The position numbers and the translations under genes were made by a program. This document shows, in pieces, positions 19,723-29,337 of a stretch of DNA of 64,000 nt (the stretch's first letter is position 1; each line of letters begins with the position of its first letter). The notes beneath the pieces were generated by a model, which was not told where the DNA came from, did not search any database, and saw nothing but the letters and a program-made list of their open reading frames with translations. Source of the stretch: an uncultured Bacteroidales bacterium (lineage in GTDB: Bacteria > Bacteroidota > Bacteroidia > Bacteroidales > VadinHA17); assembly GCA_963778605.1 (NCBI GenBank), contig CAVZVF010000001.1:448995-512994 (forward strand), written 5' to 3'.

Positions 19723-21033
19723 ATGAAAGCAAAAATCATTCCAATTATTACTTTAATTTCTTTTTTGGTATTGCTTATCAGTTCATGCGAAGATACCACT
19801 TTCAGGGAGTATAAAGGTAATTCTCCCGTTTATATGACATATGCCGAATTAAGGGCTTCGATCAATGAGGAAGAAAGTGTTGACCTCAAAAATCCGGGGA
19901 AGATATATTTTAAGGATGGTTATATTTTTATTATTGAGGAACTTAAGGGAATACACGTGTTTGACAATAGTGATCCGTCTGCACCTGTAAAGAAAGTATT
20001 TGTTAAAATTCCGGGTGTTGTTGACATGGCTATTTCAGGGAACACCCTATATGCTGATAGTTTTGTCGATCTGGTAGTTCTTGATGTTCAGAATATTGCA
20101 AATATCCATGAAACAGGAAGGGTTAAAGATATTCTGCCTTATACAATTCCTCCCACAGGAAACGAATTTCCTGTGGCCCATGTCGACAGGGAGAAAGGAC
20201 TGGTAGTAGCCTGGGAAGTAAAGACCATCAAGGAGAGGGTATATGATAATCCTATTGTTTATCCCGTTTTCAACCTGCAAATGGATAAAATGGATGGCTC
20301 TTTCATTAGTTCATCAATATCTGGTGTCAGTGGAAGCGGAATTGGTGTGGGAGGGTCGATGGCGCGATTTGGGTTAAAAGATAATGTATTATATCTGCTC
20401 AACGGGAATAACCTGGAGGTGATGGATATTACTACCGGGACTAATCCGGCTAAACTGTTTGAAATTAATGCCGGGTGGGGCATTGAAACAATGTTTCTGA
20501 CCCAAAACAATATGTTTTTGGGAACAACCACAGGCATGATAATATATGATATTACAGATCCGCAAAACCTGATCAGAATATCGACCTATAACCATATACG
20601 CAGCTGCGATCCTGTTGTGGTTGATGATACTCTGGCTTATATAACACTCAGGTCCGGAACTAATTGCGGGGGTACTGTTAATTGCCTTGATGTGATTAAT
20701 ATTAAAAATCTTTCTCAACCTGCAATAGTCAGATCATATCCTATGACAAATCCTTTTGGATTAGGTAAGGATGGAGATCTGCTTTTTGTTTGTGACGGAA
20801 ATGCCGGTTTGAAAGTATTTGATGCTTCCGATCCAAAAACCATTTCAAGCCATCTGATCTATTCATACCCGGCCATAAAAGCGTTTGATGTTATCCCGAT
20901 CGGAAATGTCCTGGTTATGATAGGAGATGATGGATTATATCAGTATAGTTATTCCAATGTCCAGAATATAACATTTCTAAGTAAAATTGAAGTTAAAAAA
21001 AGAATAGGGTTTACTTCCCAAACCAGGTATTAG
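19723..21033 (+). CDS. LVIVD-repeat beta-propeller lipoprotein
   Basis: Lipobox ISSC and repeated LVIVD-type strands (LVVLDV, LEVMDI, MIIYDI, LDVINI, LKVFDA, with Y.AD/Y.L preceding). Confidence 0.65.
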   Translation: MKAKIIPIITLISFLVLLISSCEDTTFREYKGNSPVYMTYAELRASINEEESVDLKNPGKIYFKDGYIFIIEELKGIHVFDNSDPSAPVKKVFVKIPGVVDMAISGNTLYADSFVDLVVLDVQNIANIHETGRVKDILPYTIPPTGNEFPVAHVDREKGLVVAWEVKTIKERVYDNPIVYPVFNLQMDKMDGSFISSSISGVSGSGIGVGGSMARFGLKDNVLYLLNGNNLEVMDITTGTNPAKLFEINAGWGIETMFLTQNNMFLGTTTGMIIYDITDPQNLIRISTYNHIRSCDPVVVDDTLAYITLRSGTNCGGTVNCLDVINIKNLSQPAIVRSYPMTNPFGLGKDGDLLFVCDGNAGLKVFDASDPKTISSHLIYSYPAIKAFDVIPIGNVLVMIGDDGLYQYSYSNVQNITFLSKIEVKKRIGFTSQTRY

Positions 21034-21086
21034 CTCCCTAATCCCTGGCATTTGCCCTGCAATCCGGTTATTTTGCCCCCCGACCC

Positions 21087-21714
21087 CCCATAGCCATCAA
21101 GCTAATTTTTATAACTCTCTGATATGCAGAAGAGATAACTATTTTATATTTAGCCCTAGAGCCTGCCCCGATTTATCGGGGGCTTAAACTATTGTAGCCA
21201 AAGATATAAAAATGGGTTTATTACCTCGTAGAGGTTAAACAGGATTCTCCCAGAATTCATATAAGAATTGTTCATCAAATTCCATTTCACGTTTTTTAAG
21301 ATATTGAACATATTCATCAGAAATGTTTTAAATTTATGAGTTTCTTCCTGATTTTCAATATATTTATAAATATTGGATATTTGCGAACGACTTATATACT
21401 CAAATACATGAGGTCTGATTTCCTTTCTTAACGCGGTTTCCCTGTTTTTTTACAGCAAATACCAACTGAACATAAATTTGGGTGAATGTTCCAGGGTTCA
21501 TAAATTGAATTTTTTAATTATTAATGCAGCTAGAACAAATTTAATAATTCTCTGAATTCTAAGCAATTGTTTAACCACTACGTGGTAAAAAATTAATGTG
21601 TTGGTTGTTTTTCTACAATAATTAATCGCCTACGGCGAACCTCACTAATGAACTTTTCAGAAACACAATGACCTCACAATTAAACGTTTAATAGCATTAG
21701 CTTGACGGCTATGG
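21087..21714. mobile_element. Decayed IS200/IS605- or RAYT-type element bounded by a 20-bp imperfect inverted repeat
   Basis: cccatagccatcaagctaat (21087-21106) pairs with attagcttgacggctatggg (21695-21714), matching 19/20 as the reverse complement. The interior holds the Y1-transposase remnant and mini-hairpins at 21223-21235 (acctc-gta-gaggt), 21574-21586 (accac-tac-gtggt) and 21626-21638 (tcgcc-tac-ggcga). Confidence 0.5.
21235..21501 (-). pseudogene. tnpA: Internally deleted, frameshifted IS200-like Y1 (HUH) transposase / RAYT remnant
   Basis: My translation gives MNPGTFTQIYVQLVFAVK(N)RETALRKEIRPHVFEYI, fused to S.SQISNIYKYIENQEETHKFK.., then (frameshift) SDEYVQYLKKREMEFDEQFLYEFWENPV*. 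The N- and C-termini of the family are present (TYTQi..hiVF..KnR...; YI.NQeeHH.k.tF.eEy..lL.k..i.fDe.Ylf). The central ~80 aa that carry the HUH motif are absent. Confidence 0.6.
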
Positions 21715-21995
21715 GATTCAGGGGGTTGATAACCGGAGAATTCAGGAGGTTGATAACCAGGATATCCTGTGGGCGATATTATGGCAATATACCCTCCAAC
21801 TTCCTCTCATTCAACTTAATGTAACTAAATTCAACTCACTTTAACTCACTTCAACCTTCTTTATTTTCATTCTAAATTACGAACAATGACTTAATAAGTT
21901 TTTTTTAAAAAGTATTGTTATTAAATTAACAGCACTTTTGAAAGCACTGTTTTAACAATTAAAATAATAGTTAATTACCTAAAAATCAATTAGAA

Positions 21996-22460
21996 ATGTA
22001 TAACGTAGGAAATCTGGTTAAAGAATTGTCCGACCGGCATGGGCGCCAAAGGGAGAGTCTGATGCCAATTCTTCAGGGAATTGTTGAGAAACATAGTTAC
22101 CTGACTGATGAGGCAATGGTGGAAGTTGCAAAGGAACTCGATATCTCAGCGGCAGAGGTTTACGGGACAGCTTCGTTTTATACTTTTCTCGATACAAGTG
22201 TGAAGGGAAAATATGTTATAAGGGTATGTAAGACAATTACATGCTCCATGAAAGGAAAGATCGATATCATACAAACTATTGAGGAAATGCTCAAGATCAA
22301 AGTAGGAGAAACAACATCAGACAGGCTTTTCAGCCTGATTGAGACAAACTGTATCGGGTGGTGTCATAAGGCACCTGCAATGCTTATAAATGAAGTCCCT
22401 TATACAGAGCTTACCCCTGAGAAGGTTTCGGAAATACTTAAAAGTTACTTGCATAAATAA
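21996..22460 (+). CDS. NuoE-like [2Fe-2S] thioredoxin-fold subunit of the hydrogenase (HydC/HndA-type)
   Basis: Motifs LMPILQ..., AEVYGTASFY..F, C.T..C ... C.G.C. 154 aa. It is the first gene of the hyd operon. Confidence 0.85.
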   Translation: MYNVGNLVKELSDRHGRQRESLMPILQGIVEKHSYLTDEAMVEVAKELDISAAEVYGTASFYTFLDTSVKGKYVIRVCKTITCSMKGKIDIIQTIEEMLKIKVGETTSDRLFSLIETNCIGWCHKAPAMLINEVPYTELTPEKVSEILKSYLHK

Positions 22461-22478
22461 TATAATTCAGGTTAAATC

Positions 22479-23641
22479 ATGGAAAATACAGGTTTAAATA
22501 AGGTTGACCTGATCTTTGAAAAGGTCAACGCCCAGAGAAGTTCTGACAAAAGCATTTAAGATGACCAACGATGAGATTATTCAACAAATGCTCGACTCGG
22601 GATTGAAAGGAAGGGGAGGGGCCGGGTTCCCGACCGGACTTAAATGGAAATATGCGGCAGCCGAAGATAACCCCGATAAATATGTCGTATGTAATGCTGA
22701 TGAAGGTGAACCAGGAACATTTAAAGACCGTGAGATACTCGATAAAGTGTCATACAAGGTATACGGAGGCATGGCGATAGCCGGTAAAGCAATAAATGCA
22801 AAGAACGGTATTGTTTATCTGAGAGGCGAATACAGGTTTCTTCTTCCCCAGCTGATGAAGGAGCTTGACGCATTTCATAAATTATTAGATGAGATAGGGT
22901 ACGATTTCAGGATAAGATATTGCATGGGAAGCGGTGCTTATATCTGCGGTGAGGAGAGCGCCCTGTTTGAATCTATCGAAGGACAGCGTGGAGAACCACG
23001 TAACAAACCACCCTATCCGACTGATTCAGGTGTTTTTGGAAAACCAACATCAATTAATAATGTGGAAACTCTGGTAACAGCCATGATGATTATAAAACAT
23101 GGCGCTGCAAAATTTACCAAACTGGGAACAAAAGATTCAAGGGGTTCGAAAGTATTCTCAGTTTCAGGAGACACGCCTACTCCCGGAATATTTGAGCTTG
23201 AGCTCGGGATGTCAGTTCAGCAATTCGTTAATGAATTTGGCGATGGAGATACAAAAGCTGTTCAGGTCGGTGGCGCTTCCGGCTTCTGTGTGCCCAGGAA
23301 GAAGTTTGCATAATACGATAATCGGTTTTGAAGGGGTACCGACAGGTGGATCAATGAAACTGTTCAACAGTTCGCGGTCGATGTACAATGTCCTTCACAA
23401 CTACCTCGATTTCTTTGCTGAAGAGTCATGCGGTCAGTGTACCCCATGCCGTGTGGGTTGTCAGCAGTTCCTGAAAGGTGTTGAAAAAGTCAAAAAAGGT
23501 GAAGCCAAATCAATTTATCTTAATGAACTTGTAAAGCTTGCTGAGACAATGAAAATAGCTTCAAAATGTGGACTTGGCCAGTCGGTAGGGAATGCATTCC
23601 GCACCATTGTCGAGAACTTCAGGGAAGAGGTCATCTACTAA
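22479..23641 (+). pseudogene. NuoF-like NAD(P)H-binding flavoprotein subunit of the hydrogenase (HydB/HndC-type), frameshifted as sequenced
   Basis: ORFs 22516..23313 and 23099..23641. Motifs GLKGRGGAGFPTGLKW, CNADEGEPGTFKDR, GAYICGEE.AL.ESIEG and ESCGQCTPCR...KCGLGQS. The frame break is near 23300 (..GGASGFCVPRKKFA | NTIIGFEGVPTGGSMK). An ATG at 22479 would need one more break near 22520; otherwise the start is the TTG at 22516. Confidence 0.8.
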
Positions 23642-23665
23642 TTCATTAAACAAAAACAGAAATAT

Positions 23666-25450
23666 ATGATAAATCTGACAATAAATAACCAATCAGTATC
23701 TGTCCCTGCCGGGACAACTGTTCTGGCAGCCGCAAAAAAACTGAATATTAATATACCAACATTGTGTAACCATCCCGACCTGTGCGTTGCAGGAAACTGC
23801 CGTGTATGTGTAGTTGAGCAGACAGGAGCAAGAACACTTATTGCTTCATGTGCAACTCCTGTTGCTGAAGGTATGGATATACATAGCAATACACTGAAAG
23901 TAAGGAACGCCCGTAAGCATATCGTTGAATTGCTTCTTGTCAGAGCACAGGTCCGATTGTACAAAATGCTACAAGAATCAGAAATGTGAATTACAGGCAC
24001 TGGCAAATGAGTTTGCCTTTGGAGACACTGTGTTTCTGAGTCTTGTGGAAGATCATAAATACAACATTGACCGCTCTTCACCTTCATTTATCAAAGGATG
24101 ACAGTAAATGTATCCGCTGCCAGCGGTGTGTAAGAACATGTTCCGAGTTGCAGTATATTTCAGCAATAGCTGTATCAAATAAAGGGTCCCATCAGAAGAT
24201 CTCTTCATTTCATGAACGTCCGATGAGCCATGTTGTATGTACCAATTGCGGCCAGTGCGTTAACCGTTGCCCCACCGGTGCACTGGTTGAAAAAACATCT
24301 ATCGACCAGGTTTGGGATGCAATATATGACCCTGAAAAACATGTTGTTGTACAGACTGCTCCTGCTGTAAGAGTAGCATTGGGAGAAGATCTTGGGTACG
24401 ATCCCGGGTGAAAGAGTTACGGGAAAAATGGTTAATGCTCTGAAACAGCTGGGTTTCAATTCGGTTCTGGATACAGATTTCAGCGCTGACCTGACAATCA
24501 TGGAAGAGGGTACAGAACTTCTCACCAGGCTTAAAAAAGCTCTTGTTGACGGTGATAAAAAAATATCACTCCCAATGTTTACATCATGTTCTCCGGGATG
24601 GATAAAATTCATTGAACATAAGTATCCTGAATTACTTCCGAATCTCTCAACCTGTAAATCACCGCAGCAGATGTTTGGAGCGCTTGCAAAGACATATTAT
24701 GCGCAGAAGCGTAAGCTTGACCCTTCAAAGATTGTTTCAGTTTCAATTATGCCCTGCACTGCAAAGAAATATGAAGCTGACAGGCCGGAAATGTGGGCAA
24801 GCGGATACAAGGATGTTGACTTTGTACTTACAACACGGGAACTTGCAGTTATGATAAAACAGGCTGGCATTGATTTCAGAAGCCTTGAACCGGCAAATTA
24901 TGACTCAGTTATGGGCGACTCAACTGGCGCTGCGGTAATTTTCGGAGCTACCGGTGGTGTCATGGAGGCTGCATTACGTACTGCATATGAGATTGTAACC
25001 GGACGTGAAGTTCCTTTTAGCAACCTTAATATCACTCCTGTAAGAGGAATGGATGGTGTTAAGGAGGCAACATTAAAAATCGAAGGTTGTACCGATGACT
25101 GGAAGTTCCTGGAAGGAGTGGAGTTGAAGGTGGCAATCGCACATGGGCTGGTTAATGCCAATAAGATAATGAAGATGGTAAGAGAAGGTAAATCGCCTTA
25201 TCACTTCATTGAGATCATGGCTTGTCCGGGCGGATGTATTGGTGGCGGTGGCCAGCCTATACCTACCAGCATGGAGATCAGGCAGAACCGTATGAACGCT
25301 ATCTATTCTGAGGATGAACACATGTTATTTCGCAAGTCACACGAAAACCCTGAAGTGATAGCCATTTATAGGGATTTCCTCGGTAAACCTAACAGCCATG
25401 TGTCTCATGAGTTACTTCATACTCATTACATGGAACGTGTTAACTATTAG
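23666..25450 (+). pseudogene. hydA: [FeFe]-hydrogenase catalytic subunit HydA (about 595 aa), frameshifted as sequenced
   Basis: Pieces are 23666..23989, an unlisted frame at ~23941-24098 (SEHRSDCTKCYKNQKCELQALANEF...), 24043..24411 and 24392..25450. The gene has an N-terminal 2Fe-2S domain, a His-ligated 4Fe-4S site and two ferredoxin CxxCxxCxxxCP motifs. The H-cluster motifs are FTSCSPGW (L1), MPCTAKKYE (L2) and EIMACPGGCIGGGGQP (L3). Confidence 0.85.
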
Positions 25451-25470
25451 AAATTATTAGGACATAAAAA

Positions 25471-25492
25471 AGGCCGGCATTAACACCGGCCT
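25471..25492. terminator. Bidirectional rho-independent terminator between hydA and the convergent flavoprotein gene
   Basis: aggccgg-cattaaca-ccggcct forms a perfect 7-bp GC-rich stem. It is flanked by an A-run upstream and a T-run downstream. Confidence 0.6.
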
Positions 25493-26075
25493 TTATTTTT
25501 TATCTTTTAGTTTCCCAAGTAACCATGCCATATTTTCACCAAGCACCCTCATCGTTTTCATCCCTTCCTCATCTTTGGCAACTTCACCTTTTAGCCGGCC
25601 ATAAGCAATGTTCCAGTATGACGATCCGGGTATGATCATTTCATTGATAAGGAAAAAATGATTTATACTGTCAAATGCATGTATTGCCACCGGCACGTCT
25701 GACTGCAATTACAGCTGCTCCCGGTTTACGTTTCAATGGGTTACCACTGCCACCCAAAGCATATCCTGAAACATCAATCAACGCTTTTGCTTCAGTTGAA
25801 AGATCAGCATAATATGTTGGCGATCCAATTATAATACCGTCAGCTTTTATCATCTTCTTAATGCACTTATTTATTATCTCATTATCCTGGTGACACTTGC
25901 CATCAGCTTTCTTCCTGCACTTCATACAAGCTATGCAACCTTTACTTTCTTCCCTCCAAGCTGAAAAAACTCTGTTGTTAATTCCTTTGTCCTCCAGCAC
26001 TTTAAATACTTCTCTTATCAAAAGCTCAGTATTGCCATTTTTTCTTGGACTGCAGTTAATTCCTAATACTTTCAT
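25493..26075 (-). pseudogene. NADPH-dependent FMN reductase / iron-sulfur flavoprotein-like flavodoxin-fold protein, frameshifted as sequenced
   Basis: ORFs 25671..26075 (MKVLGINCSPRKNGNTE..., GC.AC..C, IIGSPTYY) and 25493..25708 (C-terminal ...[13 protein letters not shown]...) overlap. The break is near 25690. Confidence 0.7.
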
Positions 26076-26219
26076 GCTAATTTATTTAAATTTTTAAAAA
26101 AATCGTCAGTACCCGGAGAGCCCGGGGTTATGTTTAATATTTTAAATTTTTTTCAAATTCAGGCACTCACTGCTTTAAGTACCTCACACTCCTGCCCGCT
26201 CCAAACTCTGGCATTCTGA

Positions 26220-29152
26220 TTATCCTATTATTTCCAGAATCTGTTGTATGTCGATATCTTTCAAAGGATTACTGCTTTGGACAAATGATTCCGCAAGTTT
26301 TGATTTCCTTCCCTGAAGTCTGACTATCTTCTCTTCAAGAGTTCCGGTTGAGATATACCTGTAAACAAAAACATTTTTACCTGGCCAATCCTGTGGGCCC
26401 GGTTCAGTGCCTGCATCTCCGAAGCAGGATTCCACCATGGATCAAGAATAAAAACATAATCTGCAGCCGTTAGATTCAGACCGACCCCTCCTGCCTTTAG
26501 GGATATAAGGAAGACTTTATTGGATATTTCATTCTGAAAACTATTTACTATTTTCTCCCTGTTTATGCTTGCACCGGTCAGCAGTGAAAATAAAATATTT
26601 TTTTTCTCCAATGCTTCTGCAAATATTTTAAGATGCATCACAAATGATGAAAAAACCAGGATCTTATGTCCCTCTGAGACAACATTCTCAATATCCCTGA
26701 TACAGTCTCATATTTACCCGAACCGGCACGGATAATCATCATACGCCATTACCGGATGATTAGAGATCTGACGTAATTTCATAAGTCCCTGAAGTACAAT
26801 AATCGCCGATTTTTCAACCCCCTTCAGTTCAATATTTTTCAGGATACTGTTTCTTACTGCGGATTTTTCTTCTTCATAGAGTTTCTCCTGTTCTTCTGTC
26901 ATATCACAGTAAACCGTCTGTTCGGTAATTGGAGGAAGGTCATTGGCTACCATTTCCTTTGTCCTCCGTAGAATGAAAGGTTTTATTAGCTTTTTGAGTT
27001 TTGTCTCCTGTTTATCGTCTTTTTCCTTTTCTATAGGTTTTGCATATTCTCTCCGGAAAAAGCTAAGGTTTCCCAGAAGGCCGGGATTTACAAAATTCAG
27101 CTGGGTCCATAGATCTGTCAGCGAGTTTTCAATCGGGGTTCCGGTCAGTACGAGTTTAAAATCTGATTTTAATTGTATAATACTCTTGTATATCATCGAT
27201 GCAGGATTCTTGATAACCTGACTTTCATCGAGGATTATATAATGGAAATTATAGGAGCTCATAATATCAATGTCTTGTCGTACTGTATGATAGCTTGATA
27301 TTATGATGTCAAAAAATTTAAAATATGAAGTGGTCTTCTTTCTTTGTATTCCTTTGTATGTGTGAACTTTCATACCAGGAACAAATCTTTTAATTTCATT
27401 TTCCCAGTTATATATCAAAGTCGCAGGTACGATTATAAGTGAAGTGAAATTCTGTGCGGGTTCATTAAAGAGGGTAAGGGATTCCGTTTTTTCAGATCGC
27501 ACCTGAGGTTTAAGATTTTCATTATTATATTGAAGGAGGGCAAGGGTTTGGATAGTCTTGCCGAGTCCCATGTCGTCGGCCAGGCATCCACCCAGGGCTG
27601 ATGTCTGAAGCCAGTACAACCAGTTCAACCCCTCGCTCTGATACTCTCTCATTGAGCATTTAAACCCTGCCGGAACCGGTAGTGCCGGAAGCTTTTCAGG
27701 TATCAGCAGTTTTTCAAGTTGTTCATAGCCCTTAAATTCCTTATCATCAATAATTTCAGCGAGCAAAGAAAAATGCTGTTTGTGGATCTTCAGCGATTCA
27801 TCTGAAGCTTTTCCGAATTCGAAAATGTTACGGTACTTCGAAAACCACGATTCGGGAAGTATGGCGATTGAGCCATCGGGTAATTCATATTCCCTGATGC
27901 CTTTAAGTATATTATTATTAAGACGTATAAACGGGAATTCCCATTCCCCGATTTTAATAGTTGCCCTTAGATCAAACCAATCATCTACCAGCTTGTTACT
28001 GATCTCAATATTAACAGGTTTAAGATTGTATTTTTTTTCAAGTCTTACTGCCTCCAGCCTGAAACCCGAATCCAAAAGTTCGGTAAAGTTCCTGTTTACG
28101 GCCTCAAGCATTGCATATAGTTCCTCATAATTATTCTTCTCTTCGTATTGAGGAGAAAAATGAACATTGTCATCAGAATAAAAACCCAGATCTTCCAGTG
28201 TATCAATACATGTCTTTTCCCAGACGAGATCTCGGAAATATTTCCTGAAAATAAAATTTCCCTGGCTTTTGTCAAATCTGACAAACGAAAGAAAAGGTTC
28301 ATCAGGTGAAATATCTTTTCCAGAGTATTTAAAACTAAGAATAAGTACCGGCGAACCCAAAAGACCAACCTCAAGACTCAGGAGAGCCTCTTTTTCCGCA
28401 ATCGGCAGGATGATCTCAAATCCGCTTCCTTCGACCTTGAAGTTATTTACTGCATTCAGTACAAATCCTTCAAAATATTTTATTTCTGACTTTTTTGGGA
28501 TCAGGACATGCTCTTTTGTAAGGAAAGGTTTTAATTTCTGGCCGTCTATTTCCGAAATAAAGAATATCTTTTCTCCCGACCTTATAAGACAGGGTGTAAC
28601 ACAAAGTATATCAATGGGATTATTTAATAACTCGATTGTGCTTCCTTCTGTTTCAATTTTAAGTTTATAGATAATTCCCTCATCATTTCTGTCGAAACGG
28701 AATACTGGCTTTGCATTTTCATTACTTAGAATCAACTTGTCTTCAGCATGCAGAGTATTCAGTTTTGTTCTCTGGTTATAGGTCGGTATTGCTTCATCTC
28801 TTGCTATCGAGAAACACTTAAACAACCTCGACTCGATAAATGGTCTGATAAATTTATCAATCTTTTCTTCTGTGACATCCTGAATAAACTCTTTTACTGA
28901 TTTATCTTTTGAAAAGACCCTAAAAAGATTCCTGTCTGAATACTCATTTATGATCCTTACGAGTTCTATTTCTTCATGGGTAAGGAAACTTATGGCTTCT
29001 TCCGACTGGTATGGCGACAGACATTCAGAAAGTGTGAAATAATTATTAGCTTCATTAACAATTATATATGGTTGAAATATCTCCCCCCATTTTCTATGAT
29101 GAGTAAGAATAAGTGCAAACACTCTTCCATTATTCCCTGAAAATGCTTCCAA
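26220..29152 (-). pseudogene. SNF2-family DEAD/H helicase with a large uncharacterised N-terminal region, frameshifted as sequenced
   Basis: Pieces are 26714..29152 (812 aa, with motifs I/II: LADDMGLGKT, IILDESQ.IKN), 26324..26641 and 26220..26438 (helicase-C: LISLKAGG.GLNLT.AD.V...DPWWNPA.E.QA..RAHRIGQ.K.V.VYR). Breaks are near 26410 and 26650-26710. Confidence 0.8.
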
Positions 29153-29291
29153 AATGTTGGTTTTGATTTAACCTGCAATATTGGTCATTGTTGGCCAATA
29201 TTCAAAAGATTTTCTTATTAGATTTGTCAGGAATTTAAAATAAGTGCATAAAGTTTTGAGTTCTAAAAATGTCGGATGCTGTATATTTCTA

Positions 29292-29327
29292 ACTCTAAGT
29301 ACTTTAAGCACTTTAAGCATTTTAGGC
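29292..29327. repeat. Degenerate 9-nt tandem array (4 units) upstream of dinB
   Basis: actctaagt|actttaagc|actttaagc|attttaggc. Confidence 0.55.
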
Positions 29328-29337
29328 ACACTTTTCA

